IMG/VR virus record: IMGVR_UViG_3300027797_000001
Span: 1-64,000 of that record
DNA from: a virus
DNA: 64,000 nucleotides
Strand: one strand, 5' to 3'
In this document: positions 8,992 to 17,050 of the stretch, piece by piece
Layout: each line of letters opens with the position of its first letter
Position numbering within the stretch: the stretch's first letter is position 1
The notes under the pieces: generated by a model
What the model saw: only the letters and a program-made list of their open reading frames with translations
What the model was told of the DNA's origin: nothing
The model's database searches: none
Program-made: the position numbers and the translations under genes

Positions 8992-9411
8992 TTATCTATC
9001 TTCTTCAGTAAATCCTGCTGAATCAGTTTCAGGTCCATTATCAATGATAGCTTCATTAATAATTTTACCATCAACTAATCTAGAGATAGAACAAAATTCT
9101 ACATCATCATTATTTGATAAATGTTGTAGTAATTCTGCATATTCAGATTCTGTTTCTAATGAACCACATTGAGTAACAGTAGTATGGTATAATTTTAATT
9201 TATAAGCACCATAAGGATTTTTGATTTCAGATATTTCCCAATCTTGTTGTGTTAACTCAGATAATTTCTTGTCTCTGTTAACAATAGTAGCTGAATAATG
9301 ATAACCACAATTACTGCAGTTAATATATTCTTCACCTGTCTTGTAATAGAAGTCACTATATGCTTCTTGTTTGCAGTTAGGACATTCAATGTAATCAATT
9401 ACGCTTGCCAT
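8992..9411 (-). CDS. Zn-ribbon protein
   Basis: CPNC...CSNCGY at N-terminus. Confidence 0.8.
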   Translation of the reverse strand: MASVIDYIECPNCKQEAYSDFYYKTGEEYINCSNCGYHYSATIVNRDKKLSELTQQDWEISEIKNPYGAYKLKLYHTTVTQCGSLETESEYAELLQHLSNNDDVEFCSISRLVDGKIINEAIIDNGPETDSAGFTEEDR

Positions 9412-9465
9412 AATTTTAGTTTTAAGTTTAGTTTTAAGTTGATTAATAAAGTTTCTATAAGTTGT

Positions 9466-9857
9466 TTACCCCTCTGCACTCAGTTATAATATCCAATTAC
9501 ATCAATTAGTAATACTCAAAAGTATTATCTATATCAGATTTCTGGCTTATTACAACTGTCTAGCCTTGGGAAGTAGAAATGGTACATTACAAAGGCTTTA
9601 GACTAGTTAGGTCTCACTTACTTACCTTATTTCGAGGTAGCCTTATAAGCAAAGTTGTACTGTCCCCGTTACAGTTCTTTTGCAAGAGAACTGACAAGAT
9701 GACTATTCTTGTAGGAGCTTGGGCAACACGTATTTTAATTTGTACTCTCACAAGGTTGCAATCCTTGGTCATCGGTTTGTATTATCAGGAATCTAAACCC
9801 AATACCTAAGTATTATTAGTTTATCTATCTGTCTGTACCTGCTTGGATGAGAGTATA
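9466..9857 (-). ncRNA. cluster of candidate structured RNAs including a tRNA-like element
   Basis: Stems 9743-9750/9848-9855 plus 5-bp/7-nt T-like arm 9751-9767; 9672-9678/9687-9693; 9481-9490/9549-9558; no convincing minus-strand ORF. Confidence 0.5.
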
Positions 9858-9861
9858 TAAA

Positions 9862-9888
9862 GAGCAGTTTTATATCATGCTTAGGATA
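9862..9888 (-). repeat. 27-nt repeat copy 2 (variant), predicted pseudoknot
   Basis: TATCCTAAGCATGATATAAAACTGCTC; compensatory AGTA/TACT to AGCA/TGCT change. Confidence 0.7.
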
Positions 9889-9893
9889 GTTGG

Positions 9894-10016
9894 TTATCCC
9901 AACTGCTCAACAGCAATCGGGATGCCTTGCTTGTCTAATACTCTTTTAACAGTTTTACCATTAGAGTATTTAACATACTGTACAAGGTGTAAGTTACCTT
10001 GAAACATCTGAATCAT
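9894..10016 (-). CDS. 40-aa hypothetical protein, not in ORF track
   Basis: MIQMFQGNLHLVQYVKYSNGKTVKRVLDKQGIPIAVEQLG*; A-rich leader; flanked by pseudoknot copies 3 and 2. Confidence 0.55.
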   Translation of the reverse strand: MIQMFQGNLHLVQYVKYSNGKTVKRVLDKQGIPIAVEQLG

Positions 10017-10089
10017 AGTTTTAAAAATCATAGTAAATAGATTTAAGAATTAATAAATAAGTATATGATGAGTTGTTATTTTAAAACAA

Positions 10090-10116
10090 GAGTAGTTTAA
10101 TATCATACTCAGGATA
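10090..10116 (-). repeat. 27-nt repeat copy 3, predicted pseudoknot
   Basis: Identical to 8950-8976. Confidence 0.7.
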
Positions 10117-10679
10117 TGTAGCCATGCCTACCTGTTATACATGGAAGCAGAAATCTTACTGCATATCTGATTCGGTTTCCGTATGTGGTCAATCAGCTAA
10201 CCATAGGACATTAGTCCCGTAAATAAATAGACTACCCTGCAAGAGAGTAGTCTTGTTCCATAACTACCACTAATCCAACTGCCGGATGGTGGTATCTATA
10301 CACTTCCCGGAATCCCTCTTTAGTCTTTTCTTCTACAAGAGAACATAGAGGTTTATCTATAGAGAGACAATAGTCTTCTGTAAGGGTAATAGTATCTAAC
10401 ATATATATAGTTTTAGTTGGTTACTTAATAAATAGTTAGCTATATATATTTTTTATTTAATATAAATATTAAATCTAAATAATACATAGTAACTATAGTA
10501 GATAGATAGAAGAGGTGTTTAATTATCAGTTAGTTACATACACTTAATTAAACTAAAGTATACGCGCGCGTAGATAGTTATCACAGGAAAAAATATAAAA
10601 ATATAGTCTTTCAAGTGTCAATAACTATTAACTATTAACTAATTCACATAATCCTATGACCCAACCGCACTCTTATCTT

Positions 10680-10697
10680 TTTTAAATTTAGGGTTAG
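10680..10697. repeat. 18-bp direct repeat copy 1 (TTTTAAATTTAGGGTTAG)
   Basis: Identical copy at 11238-11255; both preceded by TTATC. Confidence 0.7.
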
Positions 10698-10710
10698 AAA
10701 AAAATGGGAG

Positions 10711-10750
10711 AAAGAAAAAAAAGAGAGAGTCATAAACTCTCTCTTATTTT
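10711..10750 (-). terminator. intrinsic terminator (possibly bidirectional)
   Basis: AAGAGAGAG/CTCTCTCTT stem with long T tract on the minus strand after ORF 10760-11203. Confidence 0.8.
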
Positions 10751-10759
10751 TTGCTATTC

Positions 10760-11203
10760 TTAAGAACCTACTGGATTCTTAAGATTAGCCTTTGCTTTTG
10801 GTGCAGACTCCTGTGGAGTCTCAGCATCAAATGCAGATGCCGCGGCAGAGGAAATGCCACTGCCCATTAGTTGACGAGCCTGTAGCTCCGCTACCTTGTC
10901 AGCTAATCTGGCAGAGCCTTTGCTCTCCGCAGTTTCAATAGATCCTGCAGCAGCAGTGATCTCATTGAAATCTACAAAATAACCAATACCATCGGTGAAG
11001 GTTATATTGTAGAGCCTTCCTTGGTCAAGCGGGCAAACCGCGAAGATTAAGGAAGTAGTGCCATCATCAGCAAAGCGGTGATTGGCACCTTGATAAGTTT
11101 TATACTTATCAAGTTCGGCAGGTGCACCGGTAACGGTAAACCTGGCACGGATCTTACCAGTAGCCTTGCTACGGTAAGAGTTAAGAAATTTTGCTTGTAG
11201 CAT
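10760..11203 (-). CDS. hypothetical protein, first gene of the left arm
   Basis: 147 aa, visibly higher GC than neighbours, own terminator. Confidence 0.8.
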   Translation of the reverse strand: MLQAKFLNSYRSKATGKIRARFTVTGAPAELDKYKTYQGANHRFADDGTTSLIFAVCPLDQGRLYNITFTDGIGYFVDFNEITAAAGSIETAESKGSARLADKVAELQARQLMGSGISSAAASAFDAETPQESAPKAKANLKNPVGS

Positions 11204-11237
11204 AATTTTTTAATTTAAAAGGTTAATATTATTATCC

Positions 11238-11255
11238 TTTTAAATTTAGGGTTAG
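11238..11255. repeat. 18-bp direct repeat copy 2
   Basis: TTTTAAATTTAGGGTTAG. Confidence 0.7.
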
Positions 11256-11463
11256 CAGAAGATGGAGAGTGCAGAGGCAATGACAAAGCTTTTTTCCCTA
11301 GAAAAAAATTTGTCTGAGCCTGTTAGAAGAAGGACACGTGCTGTGGAAAGACAAGGGGGGTCCCCCTCCTTGGCTTGGCCCGGGGGGTGTCTGCATAGGG
11401 GATCCATCACATCCTCTAAAATAAAATAATTTTATCCCCGTTTGGAATTTAAAAATTTAATTT

Positions 11464-11471
11464 TATATTTG
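11464..11471 (+). promoter_or_regulatory. Bacteroidota sigma-A-type -7 element (TAnnTTTG)
   Basis: TATATTTG; same element at 11538 (TACATTTG), 12942, 19866, 42794, all intergenic. Confidence 0.6.
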
Positions 11472-11472
11472 T

Positions 11473-11538
11473 CATGTTATTTTAAGGGTTAATAAATAGC
11501 ACAAAGGTCTGGAGTTGAAAGCCCAGGCCTTTGTTATT
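11473..11538 (+). ncRNA. candidate antisense sRNA
   Basis: Between TATATTTG and a 12-bp hairpin (11501-11534); body CATGTTATTTTAAGGGTTAATAAATAG is complementary to left-arm mRNA leaders. Confidence 0.4.
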
Positions 11539-11549
11539 ACATTTGTCTT

Positions 11550-11666
11550 ATGGAAAAATGGAAACTATTCTTCCTATATGTAATTAGTATATGTATAGGG
11601 TTTGCTATTGTGTCTGGGTGTAAGTCTTCCCAGAAATGTGATGCCTATAGTAAGTGTGCTAAATAA
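11550..11666 (+). CDS. 38-aa lipoprotein (C-x5-CDAY), not in ORF track
   Basis: MEKWKLFFLYVISICIGFAIVSGCKSSQKCDAYSKCAK*; lipobox-like VSGC; TACATTTG 4 nt upstream of ATG. Confidence 0.7.
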   Translation: MEKWKLFFLYVISICIGFAIVSGCKSSQKCDAYSKCAK

Positions 11667-11681
11667 TTTGTATATTAGTAT

Positions 11682-12128
11682 ATGAAGAAGATAGACATGG
11701 GCAAGTATGTCCTGCTTATTGGTAATGATGCTACTGAGATATTTGACTATTACAGGGTCCCGGAAATGCATGGTCTAAATAGAGCGGATGCTCAAGCTGA
11801 AGAAGTAGACAAGACTAAGGGCAATGGAGTTTACATATATGGGCTTACTAACTATGATCCCGCTGATAAGAAGTTAACAGGTAAAGCTCCAAACAAACCA
11901 TTCTTGTTTTTGAACATGGGTACTTTCAAGAAGTATAATCCTACAGAGAAAGCAACAGCTGTTATGCATGAAACTATGCACATGAGTATTTTACTAAACA
12001 ACTGGAATATCAAAGACAAGGAAGAAGAGGCTATTCAGTTTGCCGAAGATGAAGCAAATAAAATTATAGAGAAACTAAAGACTACCAAGGTGGAAGCACC
12101 TAAGAAAAACTTCTTCTCAAGAAAATAA
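11682..12128 (+). CDS. putative zincin metallopeptidase
   Basis: AVMHETMH (HExxH) with downstream EEE. Confidence 0.7.
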   Translation: MKKIDMGKYVLLIGNDATEIFDYYRVPEMHGLNRADAQAEEVDKTKGNGVYIYGLTNYDPADKKLTGKAPNKPFLFLNMGTFKKYNPTEKATAVMHETMHMSILLNNWNIKDKEEEAIQFAEDEANKIIEKLKTTKVEAPKKNFFSRK

Positions 12129-12760
12129 TGGCATATATTGAACACAACTTTTTTCCTCTTAAGGTATTTGTTAGGAATGAGTACATGTACCAACATACTA
12201 AAGGTCATGGAGAATTTACCCCGGGGGTCATTATATCTGTAAGATGTCTACCGGGACAAGCTGCATTGTTCCAGGTATTGTTAGAGAATGGCGTGCTACG
12301 AGATAAGTTACCATCACATGCCCTACTGACAGAGCCAAAGCTACCAGAGATTGATTTGCCATTTCACTTCTTACAGATATGGAATTGTTTCTCATATAAT
12401 TTCACTTTGATACAACTGAACTATTTAAAAGATGCTCCAGTAGAAGTATACATGAAAGACCATGAGTTCTATCCAGGTAAATACTATGCCACAATAAACT
12501 GGGGATCTAATGATATAAATACAGATATCACACTTTCAGAAGATCCAATGGAACATAAGTCACATCATATTATTCTTCTTGATAATGGGCAGATAGCTTT
12601 ACAACCAAACAATAGAATCAAATGGTCAGAGCCTAGCTTTGTTACTAAGCCTTTTCCTGAGAGACCAGATTATTTGGTGAACAAAGATTATTATAATTGC
12701 GAGGGGTTTGATAAGTGGCATACAGAAGATTCAGAAAGAATGTTTTATGATAACGAATAA
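12128..12760 (+). CDS. phage protein of unknown function
   Basis: 210 aa, translationally coupled (TAATG). Confidence 0.85.
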   Translation: MAYIEHNFFPLKVFVRNEYMYQHTKGHGEFTPGVIISVRCLPGQAALFQVLLENGVLRDKLPSHALLTEPKLPEIDLPFHFLQIWNCFSYNFTLIQLNYLKDAPVEVYMKDHEFYPGKYYATINWGSNDINTDITLSEDPMEHKSHHIILLDNGQIALQPNNRIKWSEPSFVTKPFPERPDYLVNKDYYNCEGFDKWHTEDSERMFYDNE

Positions 12761-12765
12761 TTGAG

Positions 12766-12772
12766 TATATTA
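12766..12772 (+). promoter_or_regulatory. candidate phage middle/late promoter core TATATTA
   Basis: Recurs in intergenic gaps at 11671, 14119, 27568, 35738, 40736, 42822 and on the minus strand at 2525-2531. Confidence 0.55.
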
Positions 12773-12795
12773 TATAGTACTTAATAATTTATATC

Positions 12796-12933
12796 ATGGC
12801 AAAAATAAAAGAAATATCAACTAAGATTGAAAGTCCAAAAGTATCCCGTCCAGGTGTACATGCTAAATCTAAAACTAGTAATCTAAAGTCTAGCAAAAAC
12901 TATAAAAAGTTATATAGAGGACAAGGTAAATAA
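12796..12933 (+). CDS. 45-aa basic protein ending YRGQGK, not in ORF track
   Basis: MAKIKEISTKIESPKVSRPGVHAKSKTSNLKSSKNYKKLYRGQGK*. Confidence 0.8.
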   Translation: MAKIKEISTKIESPKVSRPGVHAKSKTSNLKSSKNYKKLYRGQGK

Positions 12934-12971
12934 ATTTTGTTTATATTTGTCTATAATTAAAAATCAATACA

Positions 12972-13247
12972 ATGCAATTAAAAGGAAAAAGGATTTTGTT
13001 AAACAAACCAGAAGTAAAAGAATCTCCATTTGAATTAAGTGAATCTGACAAGATGGCTATTGAGATGGACATGAGAAAGACATGGACTAAGTTAGAAGTT
13101 TATGCTATAGGGGATGATGTAGAATCAGTAAAGGTGGGGGATAAAGTGTACATGGGAATCACTGGGCTACAAGCATCTGAAGCAGTAGAACTAGAAGATG
13201 GAGTTAAGTTAATGGTTGCTGAAAGAGACATTGCAATAATATGGTAA
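12972..13247 (+). CDS. groES: GroES/Cpn10-like co-chaperonin
   Basis: KRILL...V.AIGDDVESVKVGDKV......L.VAERDI; Cpn10 pattern with divergent mobile loop. Confidence 0.75.
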   Translation: MQLKGKRILLNKPEVKESPFELSESDKMAIEMDMRKTWTKLEVYAIGDDVESVKVGDKVYMGITGLQASEAVELEDGVKLMVAERDIAIIW

Positions 13248-13549
13248 ACTTTACAGAAGAATCAGAAGAACTGTATAGCAGTAGAATGTATACACCGTTT
13301 GATAAGATAGTATCTAAAGAGATACCATTAACAGATAGACTTGTAAATCTTGATAGGCCAGAGTATTATGGTGGAGCAGGAAATACTTATGAAGTATTTA
13401 ATGTACTAGAAGCTTGGGGATTAGATGAAGACTTTTATCTTGGTAATGTTATCAAGTATATTGTAAGAGCTGGTAAAAAAACTTCTACTAAAAAAGAAGA
13501 TTTACAAAAAGCTTTAGTATATTTACAACGAAGAATAGATAAACTATGA
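13241..13549 (+). CDS. DUF3310-like phage protein
   Basis: P.YYGG...EV......FYLGNVIKYIVRAGKK....EDLQKA.VYL. Confidence 0.85.
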   Translation: MVNFTEESEELYSSRMYTPFDKIVSKEIPLTDRLVNLDRPEYYGGAGNTYEVFNVLEAWGLDEDFYLGNVIKYIVRAGKKTSTKKEDLQKALVYLQRRIDKL

Positions 13550-13800
13550 GCGAAGAAGTAGCTTTTAAAGAAACTAAGATTTATTCTTTCGGGGATATCT
13601 TAGTTGGTTTAGACTCAGAAGAGATCACTGAGTCTGCAGAAATTATTGAACTTAAAGAAAAATTTTCTAAGATAGCTGAAGATCTTAAAGAGAATTATAA
13701 TCTTAACAGGTCTCCAGTAAAAAGTTTATTATTTGATCAGACTATAGGTGACTTGACAAGAGCTTTGCTTATGTCTGAGAAACTATTAAAAATGAAGTAA
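13546..13800 (+). CDS. small helical protein, possible Acb2/Tad1-like family
   Basis: SFGD.LVG...I..LK..F......L...  helical-hairpin pattern recalled from that family; divergent. Confidence 0.45.
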   Translation: MSEEVAFKETKIYSFGDILVGLDSEEITESAEIIELKEKFSKIAEDLKENYNLNRSPVKSLLFDQTIGDLTRALLMSEKLLKMK

Positions 13801-13991
13801 TGAGACTAGTTGCAGTTATTATTTTATTTACTGTTATTGCTATGTTATGGGCAATAGCACATATATTATACAAACCTGTGTTTGATAGAATCTCACAGAA
13901 ATATGTAATTAATGAAGATGATTTTAAACTTGCAAATATTTGTATTGCAATTATGTTAGGTCTTGCACTAGCAATTGGCCTAATACTCTAG
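13800..13991 (+). CDS. small two-TM membrane protein
   Basis: Two hydrophobic segments. Confidence 0.7.
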   Translation: MRLVAVIILFTVIAMLWAIAHILYKPVFDRISQKYVINEDDFKLANICIAIMLGLALAIGLIL

Positions 13992-14028
13992 CCTGTTTCC
14001 TTGTTTCTAGCGTACATATTACAGGTTG

Positions 14029-14059
14029 AATCCCCGGTTGCAAAGCTGGGGATTTTTTA
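14029..14059 (+). terminator. intrinsic terminator
   Basis: AATCCCCGG-TTGCAAAG-CTGGGGATT followed by T tract. Confidence 0.8.
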
Positions 14060-14166
14060 TATATTGGGATAAAGTATAAATACTTTTCTTATAAGTTTGC
14101 TATCTGAATAATTTTTATTATATTATAGATATAGTGTATACAAATTATTTATAAAAACAAAACGTC

Positions 14167-16548
14167 ATGGATATTTTAAATTTTATTTCTTGGATTAGAG
14201 GGAGACGCATAGTTACTACAGTTGACCCTAATAAAACATTATTACCAGTAGCTCTTCAAGATGAAGGAAGAGACGATGGTTATTTAACAGGTGCAATTAC
14301 AGTACAAGATTTCGCTAACCAAATTGGACAAGGTGCCCAAGGGCCACAAGGACCGACAGGACCTCAAGGGCCACAAGGCGTACAGGGTGTTCAAGGTGTT
14401 ACTGGTGTACAAGGTGCAGCTGGATCTCAAGGTCCTTTTGGACCACAAGGTGTTCAAGGCGTTCAAGGAATTCAAGGTATTGTAGGACCACTTGGTTCTA
14501 CTGGAGCCACAGGTGCTACTGGTCCTCAAGGTGTAGCAGGACCTCAAGGAATTCAAGGAGTTGCAGGTGCAGTAGGACCTGCTGGACTTAATTGGCAAAG
14601 TACATGGTCTGCATTAGGAACATATGTTATTGATGATGCAGTAGCATACGGAGGAGCATCATATTTTTGTATTACTAATGTTGGTCCAAATCCAACAACA
14701 CCAGATCTAGATCCTACAAACTGGGCTTTATTAGCTTCTCAAGGAGCAATAGGTCCTCAAGGCCCTGCAGGTATTCAAGGTCCTATAGGATTAACTGGTG
14801 CAATTGGACCTATTGGTTTGACTGGCCCTCAAGGTATACAAGGTATTACAGGATTAACAGGACCTCAAGGAGTACCTGGAACTACAGGAGCAACTGGTCT
14901 ACAAGGACCAATTGGATTAACGGGCTCAACAGGAATACAAGGACCTATTGGACCATCAGGTCCAACGGGACCACTGGGACCACAAGGAATTCAAGGCCCA
15001 GTAGGACCAGCAGGTTTAAACTGGCAGGGTGTTTGGAGTTCAGCTACAGGATATGGATTAAATGATGCGGTATCATTTGGAGGTTCATCATATTTTTGTA
15101 CTAATCCATTAGGGGTAGGTCCTTCTATCTCAGATCCATCAGTAGATACAGCTAACTGGGCTTTATTAACATCAATAGGTGCTACTGGTCCAGCAGGACC
15201 TGCGGGAGCAACAGGCCCAACAGGTTTACAAGGAGTTCCAGGTCCAACTGGTCCTACAGGTCCACTAGGAGCTACTGGAACTGCGGGAGCTATTGGCGCA
15301 ACTGGACCACAAGGTCCAGCTGGAGTGGCTGGTCCTCAAGGTCCAATCGGTCCTGCAGGATTAACATGGCAAGGAATTTGGAGCTCAGGAACACAATATT
15401 TTTTAAATGATGCTGTTTCTTTTGGTGGAGCATCTTATTTCTGTTATGTGCCAACAGTAGGACCATCTCTAAGTGATCCAACTGTAGACACTCTATCTTG
15501 GGCATTACTTGCTGCAGTTGGAGCAACAGGTCCGGCAGGCCCAGCAGGTGCTACAGGTGCTACAGGGGCACCAGGTGCAGTGGGTCCACAAGGTCTAGTA
15601 GGCCCAGTAGGTCCTGCAGGAGTAGCTGGTTCAGTAGGTCCAGCGGGTCCAACAGGTCCAACAGGTCCATCAGGTATTTCAATTTTAACTACAACTGGAA
15701 CAACTGGAGCTGCAACTTTAGTTGGATCAACTTTAAATGTACCTAACTATAGTTTACCACCACAATTTGAGTATAATAATACTAATAAAACTGTATGGTG
15801 TAATGGGTCGGGTAATAATGCAACTAATACACAGTTTGGAGAGACTGCATTATCAGCTGTAACATCTGGAAGTAATAATTCAGCTTTTGGTGAAGGTGCG
15901 TTGTCAAGTACTACAAGTGGTGCAAATAATAGTGCTATGGGTAGATTTGCTTTAAAAAATAATAACACTGGAAGTCAAAATACTGCTGTAGGAACTTTTG
16001 CGTTGGGAAGTAATACTACTGGTTTGGGTAATACAGCATTTGGTTTTCAAACCATGTCTAATAGTACAACAGCTAGTAATAACCTAGCTATGGGTTCAGC
16101 TCAAGTATTAAATTCATCATCATTAAGTGGATCATATAATATTGCAATTGGTAATAGTACTTACCAGAATCTTACAACTGGAGGTAACAACACAAGCGTT
16201 GGACATTTATCAGGTCAAATTATGACAACTGCAACCAATAATACATCTTTAGGATATACTACATTAGCTAGTAATGTTACAGGTTTAAAGAATACTGCAA
16301 TTGGATCTAGAGCAATGGCTTTTGCAACAGGTTCTAATAACACAACAATTGGTGCTGATACTGAAACTACTGTATTTAATAACTGTATTGTAATTGGTCA
16401 AGGAGCTTCTGCTACTGCAAGTGGTCAACTTGTAATTGGTAGCTCATCAACTCCAGTTGGTCCTGTAACAAATGCACCAGCAGCTCAAACTCATTACTTA
16501 CCAGTAACTATAAACGGTGTAGTATATAAATTATTATTATCAGTTTAA
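14167..16548 (+). CDS. collagen-like fibre protein with three Trp-rich modules and a YadA-head-like C-terminus
   Basis: Four Gly-X-Y tracts separated by 3x GL.WQ..WS...Y...DAV.(Y/F)GG.SYFC...WALL; C-terminal N(T/S)A.G..AL repeats. Confidence 0.88.
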   Translation: MDILNFISWIRGRRIVTTVDPNKTLLPVALQDEGRDDGYLTGAITVQDFANQIGQGAQGPQGPTGPQGPQGVQGVQGVTGVQGAAGSQGPFGPQGVQGVQGIQGIVGPLGSTGATGATGPQGVAGPQGIQGVAGAVGPAGLNWQSTWSALGTYVIDDAVAYGGASYFCITNVGPNPTTPDLDPTNWALLASQGAIGPQGPAGIQGPIGLTGAIGPIGLTGPQGIQGITGLTGPQGVPGTTGATGLQGPIGLTGSTGIQGPIGPSGPTGPLGPQGIQGPVGPAGLNWQGVWSSATGYGLNDAVSFGGSSYFCTNPLGVGPSISDPSVDTANWALLTSIGATGPAGPAGATGPTGLQGVPGPTGPTGPLGATGTAGAIGATGPQGPAGVAGPQGPIGPAGLTWQGIWSSGTQYFLNDAVSFGGASYFCYVPTVGPSLSDPTVDTLSWALLAAVGATGPAGPAGATGATGAPGAVGPQGLVGPVGPAGVAGSVGPAGPTGPTGPSGISILTTTGTTGAATLVGSTLNVPNYSLPPQFEYNNTNKTVWCNGSGNNATNTQFGETALSAVTSGSNNSAFGEGALSSTTSGANNSAMGRFALKNNNTGSQNTAVGTFALGSNTTGLGNTAFGFQTMSNSTTASNNLAMGSAQVLNSSSLSGSYNIAIGNSTYQNLTTGGNNTSVGHLSGQIMTTATNNTSLGYTTLASNVTGLKNTAIGSRAMAFATGSNNTTIGADTETTVFNNCIVIGQGASATASGQLVIGSSSTPVGPVTNAPAAQTHYLPVTINGVVYKLLLSV

Positions 16549-16569
16549 TAACTAAATAAAACTATAATC

Positions 16570-17040
16570 ATGGATGTTTTAAATTTTATATCGTGGATTA
16601 AAGCTGGAAACTATAGAGCTCTTTTACCAATTGATGCAACTAATCTAATTGCTGTTGGATCTAAAGATCCTAATAGAGATGATAGTTACTTGCCAATGGC
16701 AATAAATGCTGCACCTTTGCAATCATTATATGATACGGATACTGTAACACAATTAACAAGTATTACAACACCAGTTACAGTAAATTCGCACAATGGAATA
16801 ATTACTACAGTATCTTCTACTCTTGCAGCAAATGCAAAAACAAGTTTCACTGTGTTTAATGATAAAGTTACTGCAACATCAAAAGTACTTCTTACAGTAC
16901 AATATGGAGGGGCAGCTGCTGGAATACCTTCTTTAATTTTAGGAGTTGTGCAAGCAGGATCTTTTGGTGTTACTATTGGAAATGGTGGAAATGCTGCATT
17001 AAACACAGCAGTAAGAATTCACTTTATGATCCTTAATTAA
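16570..17040 (+). CDS. virion protein sharing its N-terminal anchor with the collagen fibre
   Basis: MDVLNFISWIK...D..RDD.YL vs [11 protein letters not shown]...D..RDD.YL. Confidence 0.8.
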   Translation: MDVLNFISWIKAGNYRALLPIDATNLIAVGSKDPNRDDSYLPMAINAAPLQSLYDTDTVTQLTSITTPVTVNSHNGIITTVSSTLAANAKTSFTVFNDKVTATSKVLLTVQYGGAAAGIPSLILGVVQAGSFGVTIGNGGNAALNTAVRIHFMILN

Positions 17041-17050
17041 ATAAGAAACT

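Noticed and set aside
9560-9730. Cobalamin riboswitch (GGGAA and CTGTCCCCG fragments on the plus strand)
   Set aside because: Remaining B12-box elements absent and orientation is opposite to neighbouring genes
8950-10116. CRISPR array or hammerhead ribozyme reading of the 27-nt repeats
   Set aside because: Spacing is irregular (about 885 and 200 nt) with genes in between; no CUGAnGA plus GAAA core with three stems
10686-10697. Telomere-like TTTAGGGTTAG
   Set aside because: Only about 1.5 units, not tandem; better explained as part of the 18-bp repeat
14320-15680. Eukaryotic collagen contamination or DNA satellite
   Set aside because: Gly-X-Y coding periodicity inside an intact phage fibre gene with phage-like codon usage
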